A stretch of DNA of 54,027 bases from Blastocatellia bacterium (lineage in GTDB: Bacteria > Acidobacteriota > Blastocatellia > Chloracidobacteriales > Chloracidobacteriaceae), in the NCBI GenBank assembly GCA_019695185.1, contig JAIBAN010000056.1, forward strand, positions 1 to 54,027. The letters run 5' to 3'. The stretch's first letter is position 1; every line of letters starts with the position of its first letter. This document shows positions 1 to 9,300 of the stretch, piece after piece. The position numbers and the translations under genes are program-made. The notes below the pieces were generated by a model. That model was given only the letters and a program-made list of their open reading frames with translations. It was not told the origin of the DNA and did no database searches.

Positions 1-667
1 CCTGGGTCAGCGCATCGGCTTCCCCGCGCTGGTCACCGGCTTCGTGAAATCCGGCCCGTGCTTTTTCATACTGAGCCAACCCGGCCTCAAATCCGGCCTT
101 GGTCTGTTTTTTGCGCTCCCGGTCCCCGGTCATGGCCGCCTGCATGGCGGCAAACCGGGTCCGGTCGGTCGCGGTGGCCACCCGCAGCGGTTCCATCTGC
201 AACCGGTAGCGTCCCCCCCGTGCTGTCCGGTTGGGGCTTTCCACTGTCAGCCGATAGTCTCCTGCACTCAGAGCAACAAACAGCAGTATTTCCGGTCCCC
301 AGCTTCCGGTCGGGTTGCCCACCACCAGCACAGCCTCTTTTCCGGCTTCCCCCAGCCGCAACGTGAGGTCAATTCCCGCCTGTTCCACCGTCAAAGCCAA
401 ACACTGGTCCGCGTCCAAGCGCAGGGAAAAATTCTGTGCTTCACCACCTTTGATGGCCTGTTCAACTCTGTTTCCCGATTCCAAAGGGCTGGCCACCGGC
501 TCAACCGTTTGCGCTGTTTTGGGTTCTGCGCCAGGTGTCGTCGCCGGTGTTTGCATTGCTGCCCAGGCTGTCAGCCCTGGCTGCAACATGGTAACGGCCA
601 GCAGCCATATCAATCCGGAATGGAAGGGTTGTGGTTGCTTGAGAAAATACTGAAGAGGACCTTGCAT
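1..667 (-). CDS. Partial CDS (5' end in window): secreted N-terminal domain protein, paralog of the adjacent TPR/CHAT protein
   Basis: Minus-strand reading from ~667 gives MQGPLQYFLKQPQPFHSGLIWLLAVTMLQPGLTAWA..., a signal peptide. It is followed by a domain similar to the N-terminal region of the 1149-aa ORF (GDYRLTVESP...GGRYRLQMEPLRVATATDRTRFAA versus GRYRIEIES...GGRFVARILELRPATAQDRDQSQYRFAA). It is not in the ORF track because it runs off the window edge. The plus-strand 239-aa ORF 44..763 is a GC-rich antisense artefact. Confidence 0.5.
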   Translation of the reverse strand, partial: MQGPLQYFLKQPQPFHSGLIWLLAVTMLQPGLTAWAAMQTPATTPGAEPKTAQTVEPVASPLESGNRVEQAIKGGEAQNFSLRLDADQCLALTVEQAGIDLTLRLGEAGKEAVLVVGNPTGSWGPEILLFVALSAGDYRLTVESPNRTARGGRYRLQMEPLRVATATDRTRFAAMQAAMTGDRERKKQTKAGFEAGLAQYEKARAGFHEAGDQRGEADALTQ

Positions 668-701
668 AAAATACTTGCCCTGCCGTTTGAAACAGCTTTG
701 C

Positions 702-1253
702 TTACAACTTGTCCAAAATTCGATAGTAGACAACCGTTGGATCCAGCTTGCCGGTTTCACTGAGACAAAACTGCGGAATGACTCCGGCTGGTTGATAACC
801 GATTTTCCGATAGAGCAGTTCCGACGGCTCTCCCTGGCGGGTATCAAGCACCAACAAAGTACGACCATGAGCCCTGGCCCAGGCTTCCAGTACCTCCATC
901 AGTGCTTGCCCCAGGCCCCGTCGCCGCGCCCGGCGATGGACCAACAACCGCTGGACTTCGGCCCGGTGGAGTCCGTTGGGTTTGGTCACCAGGCTCAATT
1001 GGACGGTTCCAACAATGAACTCATCCTGACGGGCAATCCAGAGCTGGCGGCTTCCGTTTTCAACTTCCTCCGCCATTTCCAGCCAGTATTGCCGGGCTGT
1101 TTCTGCCGCCAGTGGGGGCAGGAATCCGACTGAAGCCCCGGAATCAACCGCATCCTGCAACAATTCAGTCAAGCTTTCGATTTCCTGCCTGACCATCCTG
1201 GCGTTTATCAGTTCGATTTCCGATGGCATCCGGATCCTCACCTCATTATTCAA
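702..1253 (-). CDS. GNAT family N-acetyltransferase
   Basis: 183 aa. Acetyl-CoA binding motif region ...AEVQRLLVHRRARRRGLGQALME... (the Q/RxxGxG/A GNAT signature). Stop is 8 nt from the start of the upstream CHAT gene. Confidence 0.8.
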   Translation of the reverse strand: MNNEVRIRMPSEIELINARMVRQEIESLTELLQDAVDSGASVGFLPPLAAETARQYWLEMAEEVENGSRQLWIARQDEFIVGTVQLSLVTKPNGLHRAEVQRLLVHRRARRRGLGQALMEVLEAWARAHGRTLLVLDTRQGEPSELLYRKIGYQPAGVIPQFCLSETGKLDPTVVYYRILDKL

Positions 1254-1260
1254 ATGAAAA

Positions 1261-4200
1261 TTATTGCCAGTCCCCTTGAATTTGAAAAGCCGCCCAAAAA
1301 TAGGGTGACCGCCAACGTCTTTCAGCTCGCATGGAAAGTTGTGCCTGGCGCAAAGCCGTTGAGGGCGGCAGATTGTCCCTGAACATACCCTGGTAAAACC
1401 GTTTCATCAGTTCCGCCGTAGCCTGGTCACTGACATTCCACAAACTGACGACGACTCGGCGGGTTCCGGCATGTAAAAACCCACTGGTAAACCCGATGAT
1501 GCCTTCGTCTCCCACACTTTCACCTTTGCCTGTTTCGCAAGCAGACAAAGTGACCAGACTGGCATTCAGTTTCAGCCTGAAGATTTCCGGCAACACCACG
1601 AAACCGTTCTGGGGGTCCCCTTTTTCATCCACCAGAGAAAGAACCAGACTCGAAAATTCCGGTTGGTCCTGGCTGATAATTCCATGAGTGGCAAAGTGCA
1701 GCATCCGGTATTGGCTTAGATCCAATTTCTCAAAAGAAGCCCGACTGGCGGAAAAATCAACCAAAAAGGTGCTTTCGGCAGCAGGTACGAGCCGGGCAAT
1801 GGCGGCAGCTTCCCGCCTGGTTCCCAGCAATCGCGGCAGCGCCATGGACTCCGTGCCAAAGATACTTCTGGCCACTTCGGCAGCCTCTTGCCGGGTTGAA
1901 ACCGGTTCGTTCGGTTCCAGCGCGGGAAAATCCGATTTTACCTCCGGGGTTGACTTTCTTCGATAGGGCACAAGCCGTCTATCTTTTCGTGAAAACACCG
2001 GGTCGGCAAACACGGCAACCGTCTTTCCATCCACAACCGGATTGATGGGCGATTGCCGAATCTCCCGCAGTGCCATGGTGGAGGGAGCCAAAACAATCTC
2101 ATGGTCTTCAATCAGCATTTTTGCAACCCTGGATGTTTTTTCCGTCACCGGCAAGATGCCAAATGGAACGTAGGCCAGATTTTTGTCCGTTACAATCACC
2201 AATCGTTTGCATTCGATTTTCTCTTTCACCGGATCCAAAATCAGGCGACTCAAATGGCGGGCGGCTGACAGCATACGGCTTTCATTGGCACTGACCGCCG
2301 GAGCAATTTTGGTCAGATTGCGGACTGCCGCTGAAGTGGCTGTCAAACTGGCGGAAAGTGCCTGGGCCGCCTCGATGATTTCCTGACTTCCAGCCAGTTC
2401 AAAGGTTTGAAACGAATTCTGGGTCAATACCCAGACATAACTTTTTTCCTCTGCCAGGTGGAATTGCAACAAGGTGGTTTCCGCATCCAGCACATGCTGC
2501 TGCACCTCGGTGGGAGTGATAAACTCAGAAGCCAGTAAGGCCCCATATGCAGGATTGCTTTTCTGAATTTCCGCCTGGGCCAAGCGGAGCTGGGTGGATG
2601 CCTCCAGGGCAACGGCCAAAGCTGCTTCCAACACCGTCTCCGGTGCCTTGGTCAACTTGAGGCGGGTCACTTTTTCACTGGCGGCGGTAAACCGGATGCG
2701 ACAGTCCTGCTCCCGCTGGCGCAATGCGACCGGGATTTTTTGGTTAATATCCACTTTTGCATTTCGCAGCAGGTCGAGCAACGAACGGGCCTTGACCTGT
2801 TCACTGACTGTGAATGCCCGCCGGTCAAACCCGCTTTGCGGTTCGGCTTGGTGGAGCCGCATCAGAATTTCCAGGTACAAATCATAGAAGCGATGGGTTT
2901 TTTCAAAATAGTAGCTGCGAAACTCCTGAGCCCCAAACAGCGCCCGCCGTCCTTCCGCAACCCGAACCGATCTTTCAATATAGGTTTTGGCCTGAGCCAG
3001 ATTGCCCCTGGCCAGCTCCACCTGAGCCAAAGAGCCACAGACATACATTGTGTCTTCCTGGCTTTCCACCTCTTCGCACACCGCCAATCGTTGTCTGAAG
3101 CAGGATTCGGCCTGGTCAAAGTCCCCCAAAGCCAACCGGACCCGCCCCAGTTTCTCCAACGCCTTGGACTCTCCCCAACGATCTTTGGCCTGGCGGCTGA
3201 GGTCCAATGATTGACTCGCCAGCTCCTGAGCCCTTTGATAATCCTTCTGACGGAAAGCCACTCCCCCCAACTGTTCCAACAACATGGTTTGATACCGTAT
3301 TGATTTGATTGAGCGGCTGATTTCCAGGGCTTCCGTGATGATTTCCTGCACTTTGTCAAACTGTTTCAGATTGGTGTACATGGTGGCCAGGCTTTGCAGC
3401 GTGGAAATCTGCCCCCGTTTGTCTTTGGTCTCCCGGCGAATGGCGAGCGCCTCCAAATAATAAGGAATCGCCCGTTGGGTCCGCCCCATTGAACCATATA
3501 TCGTGCCGATATTATTCAGGGCATAGGACACAGCATTGTTGTTCTTGAGTCCCCTGGCCCGGTCACGGGACTGAAAATAGTATTCCAGGGCTTTTTCGCT
3601 CTCTTCCAAAAGCGCATATGCCCCGCCCAGATTTACCAGTGTGATGACTTCCCCGGTTTGGTGTCCGACTTCCTGTCTTATTTTCAAACAAGGCAGCAAA
3701 TATTCCAGCGCTTTGCGGGGTTCATTGAGGTCCAGGTAAATTCGCCCAATATTGCTCAAGACAATGCCTTCGGTGAACTGGTCGTGCAATGCCTGCACCA
3801 GAGAGAGTGCCTTCACTTGACATTCCAGATCGGCCTGGTGCTGGTCGTGTCCATCTCCTAAGGCAACCCCTTCATTGACTAACATTTGAGCAATGCCACC
3901 TTGGTCTCCGGCAGCCGTAAAACAATCTCGCCCGGCTTGGTATGCCTTCACCGCAGCTTCAAATTCATCCAATTCCTCATTGACTTCCCCGATTCGGTTG
4001 CGCACGGTGCCTTCGCCAGGTTGGTCGTGTGCCGCCCGGAACGCTGTGGCCGCATCTGCCAATTTCACGAGAGCTTTTTGCAAATCTGCCTTAGCTTGGC
4101 TGCCCCTGAGCCGATTGGCTTCCTGCAAGGCTGCCTCTGCGGCAAACCGGTACTGGCTTTGGTCCCGGTCCTGCGCCGTGGCTGGCCGCAATTCAAGGAT

Positions 4201-4710
4201 GCGGGCCACAAACCGCCCGCCTGTGGTTTGTTCATCGGAGGATTCGATTTCGATTCGATAGCGCCCTTTTTCCGGTGCTACCCAAAAAACAGTTTCCGGG
4301 CTTTGGGTTCCGTTGGTCGTGTTGACCTCAAACAACAGTTTTCCAACAGGTGAAAACACCCGCACCACGAGATCAATACCCTGTTGGTCAACCCGCAAGC
4401 GAATGAATTCGTCCGGATCCACCAGAACGGTGCAGTTGATTTTGGTGGCTGCCGGGATTTCCTTCTCAACCGGACTGGCTGGGGTCAATACCAGGGCAGG
4501 AGGGGTTTGCCCGGCCACCGGAAACACCAACCAGAGCCAGAGCCAAATCCAGCTCAGAGCCGTTCGGACGAGTTCCTGTGATCTTCCTTTTTTTGCGTGA
4601 GTGGACGTTTCGCCTTGCAAGACCGATACGTTGACCTTCCCAAAGCATGGAAGTGAGCTAATTATTCCCGAAGTGGGACCGACTTTGGTATAAAGCACTG
4701 CTGAAAACAT
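1261..4710 (-). CDS. TPR-repeat protein with C-terminal CHAT (caspase-like) domain, secreted or membrane-anchored
   Basis: 1149 aa. Hydrophobic stretch SWIWLWLWLVFPVAG near the N-terminus. Multiple TPR-like repeats (ALEYLLPCLKIRQ..., ALEYYFQSRD..., AIPYYLEALAIRR...). C-terminal CHAT signature HFATHGII...LVTLSACETGKGE with the His/Cys dyad. True start is probably downstream of the annotated ATG, because only 23 nt separate it from the divergent tsaD start. Confidence 0.8.
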   Translation of the reverse strand: MFSAVLYTKVGPTSGIISSLPCFGKVNVSVLQGETSTHAKKGRSQELVRTALSWIWLWLWLVFPVAGQTPPALVLTPASPVEKEIPAATKINCTVLVDPDEFIRLRVDQQGIDLVVRVFSPVGKLLFEVNTTNGTQSPETVFWVAPEKGRYRIEIESSDEQTTGGRFVARILELRPATAQDRDQSQYRFAAEAALQEANRLRGSQAKADLQKALVKLADAATAFRAAHDQPGEGTVRNRIGEVNEELDEFEAAVKAYQAGRDCFTAAGDQGGIAQMLVNEGVALGDGHDQHQADLECQVKALSLVQALHDQFTEGIVLSNIGRIYLDLNEPRKALEYLLPCLKIRQEVGHQTGEVITLVNLGGAYALLEESEKALEYYFQSRDRARGLKNNNAVSYALNNIGTIYGSMGRTQRAIPYYLEALAIRRETKDKRGQISTLQSLATMYTNLKQFDKVQEIITEALEISRSIKSIRYQTMLLEQLGGVAFRQKDYQRAQELASQSLDLSRQAKDRWGESKALEKLGRVRLALGDFDQAESCFRQRLAVCEEVESQEDTMYVCGSLAQVELARGNLAQAKTYIERSVRVAEGRRALFGAQEFRSYYFEKTHRFYDLYLEILMRLHQAEPQSGFDRRAFTVSEQVKARSLLDLLRNAKVDINQKIPVALRQREQDCRIRFTAASEKVTRLKLTKAPETVLEAALAVALEASTQLRLAQAEIQKSNPAYGALLASEFITPTEVQQHVLDAETTLLQFHLAEEKSYVWVLTQNSFQTFELAGSQEIIEAAQALSASLTATSAAVRNLTKIAPAVSANESRMLSAARHLSRLILDPVKEKIECKRLVIVTDKNLAYVPFGILPVTEKTSRVAKMLIEDHEIVLAPSTMALREIRQSPINPVVDGKTVAVFADPVFSRKDRRLVPYRRKSTPEVKSDFPALEPNEPVSTRQEAAEVARSIFGTESMALPRLLGTRREAAAIARLVPAAESTFLVDFSASRASFEKLDLSQYRMLHFATHGIISQDQPEFSSLVLSLVDEKGDPQNGFVVLPEIFRLKLNASLVTLSACETGKGESVGDEGIIGFTSGFLHAGTRRVVVSLWNVSDQATAELMKRFYQGMFRDNLPPSTALRQAQLSMRAERRWRSPYFWAAFQIQGDWQ

Positions 4711-4733
4711 TTTGAACGACCCTCAAGACTGAT

Positions 4734-5813
4734 ATGCGTTTTGTGCTTGGTATTGAAAGCTCGTGTGATGAAACCGCAGCAGCGGTGGTTGAAGATGGCC
4801 GTATTGTACATTCAAATGTCATCGCTTCCCAGATTGAGACCCATAAAATCTACGGTGGGGTGGTTCCCGAAATCGCTTCCAGGGAACACCTTTCCAAGAT
4901 CACCGCAGTGGTTGCTCAGGCCCTGGAACAGGCCGGTAAGTCCTTTGCCGAAATTGATGGAATCGCCGTCACCTGCGGACCCGGTTTGGTTGGTTCCTTG
5001 CTGGTGGGCCTCGCTTACGCCAAATCAGTAGCCTTTGCCCTGGGAAAACCTTTGATTGGCATCCATCATATTGAAGGTCACATTTTCTCGGTTGCTTTCG
5101 AACATCCGCCGGTTTCCTATCCAGCCCTTGCCTTTATCATTTCCGGGGGCCATACCAATTTGTTCTGGATGCCGGAGGCTGGTCATTACGTGCGTCTGGG
5201 ACATACCCGTGACGATGCCGCCGGGGAGGCTTATGACAAAGTGGCAAAACTGTTGGGATTGGCCTATCCCGGCGGGCCAATCCTGGACCGCATGGCCAAA
5301 GCCGGTGATGCAGCCGCTGCCCCATTGGTCTTCCGGCCACCGCTCATGCCCGATGCACCCTACGACTTTTCATTTAGCGGCCTGAAGACAGCCGTGCTGC
5401 GTTTTGTCCGGGAACAGCACCTGGAAACCAAAGTGCCAGCCGAGCCATTACCCCAGGTTTACTTCGATGTGGCCGCCAGTTTCCAACAGGCTGTGGTTCA
5501 GACTTTGGTGAAAACCCTGGGCCGCGCCCTCCGTGACTATCCAGTCCAAACCGTTGTCATTGGTGGTGGAGTGGCCTGTAATTCAGCCCTCAGAAAGGGA
5601 TTAGAGGAACTTGCAGCTCATTCTCAAACCCCGATTTATGTTCCCAGTCCGGTCTACACCACTGACAATGCCGCCATGATTGCAGCAGCGGGGCATTTCC
5701 GTTTTTCTCGGGGAGAACGTTCCGATTGGACCTTGGGTGTCAATCCAGCCTTGAAACTGCACCATTCGGATATTCGCCCTCCAACCCAGCGAAAAATCAG
5801 ATACCGATCTTGA
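4734..5813 (+). CDS. tsaD: tRNA N6-adenosine threonylcarbamoyltransferase TsaD (Kae1/YgjD family)
   Basis: N-terminus MRFVLGIESSCDETAAAVVEDGRIVHSNV... carries the GIESSCDET hallmark. HxxGH metal-binding region (GIHHIEGH) is present. Confidence 0.9.
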   Translation: MRFVLGIESSCDETAAAVVEDGRIVHSNVIASQIETHKIYGGVVPEIASREHLSKITAVVAQALEQAGKSFAEIDGIAVTCGPGLVGSLLVGLAYAKSVAFALGKPLIGIHHIEGHIFSVAFEHPPVSYPALAFIISGGHTNLFWMPEAGHYVRLGHTRDDAAGEAYDKVAKLLGLAYPGGPILDRMAKAGDAAAAPLVFRPPLMPDAPYDFSFSGLKTAVLRFVREQHLETKVPAEPLPQVYFDVAASFQQAVVQTLVKTLGRALRDYPVQTVVIGGGVACNSALRKGLEELAAHSQTPIYVPSPVYTTDNAAMIAAAGHFRFSRGERSDWTLGVNPALKLHHSDIRPPTQRKIRYRS

Positions 5814-5850
5814 AATGAAGGTTTTTTCCGTTCCTGGACTTGCCTTGAGG

Positions 5851-5890
5851 CAAAGAAAAAAGGAGGCTGAATTTCAGCCTCCTTTTCTGT
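5851..5890. terminator. Bidirectional intrinsic terminator between convergent tsaD and the beta-helix/NHL gene
   Basis: aaagaaaaa AGGAGGCTG aattt CAGCCTCCT tttct: a 9-bp GC-rich stem flanked by an A-run upstream and a T-run downstream. Confidence 0.55.
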
Positions 5891-5911
5891 GATTCCTTCC
5901 CGGCTTGATGC

Positions 5912-8464
5912 TTACTTGATCTTGCTCGGAAGGTTGAATTGTCCAATGATCGAACCTGACGTGTTGGTGATGTTGCCACCGATTCTGACAAACGTTCCAG
6001 GCGGAATCGGCACACTCAGGATTCGGTGTTTAGCCGTATCGCTGATCTGGAGTGATGGGACTGGCAACGTTCCCAAAACAAATTGATTAACGGCCACGCC
6101 TTCAGGTGTTGACACCTGATTGATCGCGGTTCCAGGGCCAGTGGCAATGATAGTGGCAACTCCAGGATTGCCGCCTGGGAAGAGCAAGATCCGGTTGTTT
6201 TGCGTATCAGCCACATACAAATTACCAGTATTGGTGGTTGCCACCCCTTCAGGATTCCGTACCCGAGTGGTGGAGGATACGTTGTCAGCCACAATCACCG
6301 CCGGCAATGGTGTTACTGGAGTTGTCAAAACCGACAACACGTTGTTGAACCGTTGCACCCGGCTGTTGCCGGTATCGGCCACAAACAGGTTGAAGTTGTT
6401 GTCAATGGCCAAACCACGTGGGTTGTTGACCAAACCGGCTCCGGCTCCCAATTGGGCCAGCACCACCGGAACTCCGGGTGCGCCGCCTTCGAACCGTTTC
6501 ACCCGATTTTGGCCTGTGTCACCCACATAAAGGTTCCCCAACAAATCAAGGGCCAAGCCTTGCGGGGCATTCACGTTCTGCGGAAGACCACCGGTCACCG
6601 CGACGTCAATCCAGGTGTTTCCGCCGTCAGTTGAACGTTGTACCCGGTTGGCATCCGCCACAAAGATCAATGAGGCGTTGAAGTTTCCGGTGACTGCTTC
6701 AGGTTTGGTGAATTGGCCCGGACCGCTTCCTGGTTTGTTGTCGGCTCCGACCACCGTCCAGTTCAAACCGTCAAATTTCTGTACCCGGTTGTTTTGGGTG
6801 TCAGCCACCAACAGCACGCCGTTTTCGGCAAATCCGGTATTGCCGCAGGAGGTTGAGCCAGCCGGGCAACCAGTTGTCAGGAACGGAGTGAAATTGACAT
6901 TGGTGCTGACCGGGTCACCACCGCCAGTACCACCTGGGGCACCTGGTCCGTTTGCTGCATTCCACCAGTTCTGCAACGCGTTGATGGCAGCACCAGTGGT
7001 GTTGTTGACAGCAAACGAAGTATTTTGGACAAAGCAGTTGTTGCCAGGGGTGACACCATCACCCAGGTTGGCAGTTCCTGCATTGCGTACCAAAACACCA
7101 GTCACATTTCGGATAAAGGTGGTGTTGCGCACGGTGGCATTGCCACCATTGACATCCACGGCCACATTAAAGCGGCCCATGAAGTTTCCGCAATTGCTGC
7201 CACTCACCAGGGTTCCCTGAATCGTGGCAATACTTCCAGTATCAACCCGGACTCCGGTTGAAGTTGCACTGAAAATGCTGTTACCAGCCGTCAAATTGGC
7301 AATGGTGGCCCGTCCCAGGCTTTGCACCACAATCCCGGTATTGCAATCCAGCACCGTATCAGACAGGAGTTGCACCGGCATAAAGGCACTGAAATCTTCA
7401 ATAAAGCCCGGTTCAATCCATTCAAAGCCAATGTTGGCCCCAATCACCGTGTTTCCTTGATACAGCGTCGTGGATGCGGCAGTGGAGTGCGAGGTAATCC
7501 GGAACCCGCGTTGGCGGTTATTGGCCGGAACGTTCCCGCCAGCAAAATTCAGAAACTGATTGTTCCGAATGGTCTGGTTCCCCTGGTGGGAGTATCCATT
7601 TTCCCAAATTCCCAAAATCACTTCAGGGGTAGCCGACTGGGCTCTCAAAATCCGAACCCGGTTGTTGTCAATCAACAATCCGTTGTACACGTTATTGTTG
7701 CTGTTAAACGTGTTGGATTGAATTGCCGTCGAAGCCGATTCGTTTCCGGCACCGGCAGCGCTCACCCCATCTCCGCCAATATCAATGGTATTGTTGGAAA
7801 TGGTCTGGTTGGCTCCCCAGGAAAAGTGAATGGCGATGTTTTGAAAAACGTCGTTGGGAGCCACCACCGGATTGAGATCGGTTGGCACGCGAATGTAGTT
7901 GTTGGTGATGGTTGTTCCGTTGAAAGCAGTGCCGCCACCGGCTCCCTGGAACATCCCAATCCCAAGGTCAAAATCCAACAGGCGTAAGTTTGAAATCACC
8001 CAGTTCTGGTTTGGTCCGCCGTTGAAGAAGAAAACTCCTTCCAAATCATAGGCAGCCAAATCCCCCGGGCCTTGAATGGTAGCCGCCCCCAGACTGGCAG
8101 CCGTTACCGTCACGTTGTTGAGTCCAGCCGGAACCAGAATGCTGTAATCGTCAATGGTACCGCCGATTCCATCGTTCCCCAAAGCCCAACTGGCCGCCGC
8201 GTTTGGTTCTGTCCAGTTAAAGGTACCGGAAAGATTGATCGTGCTCCCCGGCGTCGCTGCCTGAATTGCATTGCGGATACGGGTGTAATCGTTATCCGTT
8301 GGGGTCGGTGCAGCGGCGGGCGTCACAGTAACAGTTTGCGCACGGGTCCGAGTCATCGGTCCCCACACCAAAGTGGCAGAAGCCACAAGCAGAATCGAAA
8401 ATACTAAGAGAATTTTCTTTAGGGACTTTGGCAATAACCTGCCGCTATCGTGTGTCAAATTCAT
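5912..8464 (-). CDS. Secreted protein with right-handed beta-helix (pectate-lyase-like) repeats and C-terminal NHL-repeat beta-propeller
   Basis: The track ORF runs to 8506. The second ATG (MNLTHDSGRLLPKSLKKILLVFSILLVASATLVWG, a signal peptide) is preceded by GGAGGGGAAG and is the likelier start. The middle is rich in N/T/G parallel-beta-helix repeats (NNTIDIGGDG...). The C-terminus has five or more NHL-type repeats (LLVADTQNNRVQKF, LYVGDTGQNRVKRF, LFVADTGNSRVQRF, LYVADTQNNRILLF). Confidence 0.7.
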   Translation of the reverse strand: MNLTHDSGRLLPKSLKKILLVFSILLVASATLVWGPMTRTRAQTVTVTPAAAPTPTDNDYTRIRNAIQAATPGSTINLSGTFNWTEPNAAASWALGNDGIGGTIDDYSILVPAGLNNVTVTAASLGAATIQGPGDLAAYDLEGVFFFNGGPNQNWVISNLRLLDFDLGIGMFQGAGGGTAFNGTTITNNYIRVPTDLNPVVAPNDVFQNIAIHFSWGANQTISNNTIDIGGDGVSAAGAGNESASTAIQSNTFNSNNNVYNGLLIDNNRVRILRAQSATPEVILGIWENGYSHQGNQTIRNNQFLNFAGGNVPANNRQRGFRITSHSTAASTTLYQGNTVIGANIGFEWIEPGFIEDFSAFMPVQLLSDTVLDCNTGIVVQSLGRATIANLTAGNSIFSATSTGVRVDTGSIATIQGTLVSGSNCGNFMGRFNVAVDVNGGNATVRNTTFIRNVTGVLVRNAGTANLGDGVTPGNNCFVQNTSFAVNNTTGAAINALQNWWNAANGPGAPGGTGGGDPVSTNVNFTPFLTTGCPAGSTSCGNTGFAENGVLLVADTQNNRVQKFDGLNWTVVGADNKPGSGPGQFTKPEAVTGNFNASLIFVADANRVQRSTDGGNTWIDVAVTGGLPQNVNAPQGLALDLLGNLYVGDTGQNRVKRFEGGAPGVPVVLAQLGAGAGLVNNPRGLAIDNNFNLFVADTGNSRVQRFNNVLSVLTTPVTPLPAVIVADNVSSTTRVRNPEGVATTNTGNLYVADTQNNRILLFPGGNPGVATIIATGPGTAINQVSTPEGVAVNQFVLGTLPVPSLQISDTAKHRILSVPIPPGTFVRIGGNITNTSGSIIGQFNLPSKIK

Positions 8465-9300
8465 CTTCCCCTCCGTAAAGGATGAAAATCTTGAAAAATT
8501 GTTCATCCAAACTTCGTTGCCGAAATGTCAGTTGCGAAAGGTCCGGAGACCCACAGTGGGATCTAGCCATTGCCCAACGACTTTGCCCAACTTAAAACCT
8601 TTGTAAATCGAACCAAAAGGACATACAGCCAGGATGGGGGCTGCCATAAGGATAAAGCATATGCGAACAGACGAAAATCCTTTGGGTCAAAGCGTTGAAC
8701 AGGCTAAAACCTCACCTTATGTTCGTGCTCCGGCACAGAACCTGAGCCAAAACCACACACTCAAATACTATTTCAGAGCTGGGAAATTACCTTGGAAGCT
8801 GGATTACTTGCGGATGCAAATTTCGGCCTAACGTAACACTTTTTCCGGTATCAGGCAACTCCGAATCCAAATTTTCTCAGCCGGAGCCCACTTGTGTCCG
8901 GGAAACCCGGCTGGATTTAAGCTCACTGCCCCCCGGAATTGAAGCGATTTGAGCACTTAAACCAACGAGTTAGGTCAATCCAAATGTGAGCCAGGGCGAA
9001 AGGACGACGCGGCTGGATAGAACCATATGACAAAATTCCGCCCGTTTGGCAAGAGGGACGCTCATAAAAACGAGGATGGCCAAATCACACCAAGGTGCAT
9101 CAGGCCTCCCGCTTTCGGATTTCACCGGAAGTTCAGTTCCCTCCTCGCAGTTAGCCGCTTTAGGCCGGGTTGTTTGTTGCAGCCTGATACAGGCCACGCT
9201 ATTGTCTTGTGACAATCGCCAAAGTGTCCCAGCTTTTCACCCGTTCCTGGCACATTCACACTACATTCAAGGGGAAATTCAAATGTTTTGAGGAGGCTCC

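Noticed and set aside
44-763. 239-aa plus-strand ORF (and nested 58..366, 315..653 ORFs)
   Set aside because: Pro/Gly/Arg-rich translation typical of antisense reading of high-GC coding DNA. The minus strand here encodes a signal-peptide protein paralogous to the CHAT/TPR gene, plus the GNAT gene.
8507-9300. Long (~800 nt) non-coding stretch examined for tRNA, riboswitch or sRNA
   Set aside because: No cloverleaf, no recognisable riboswitch core motifs, only small low-quality ORFs. Treated as promoter/5' leader of the flanking divergent genes.
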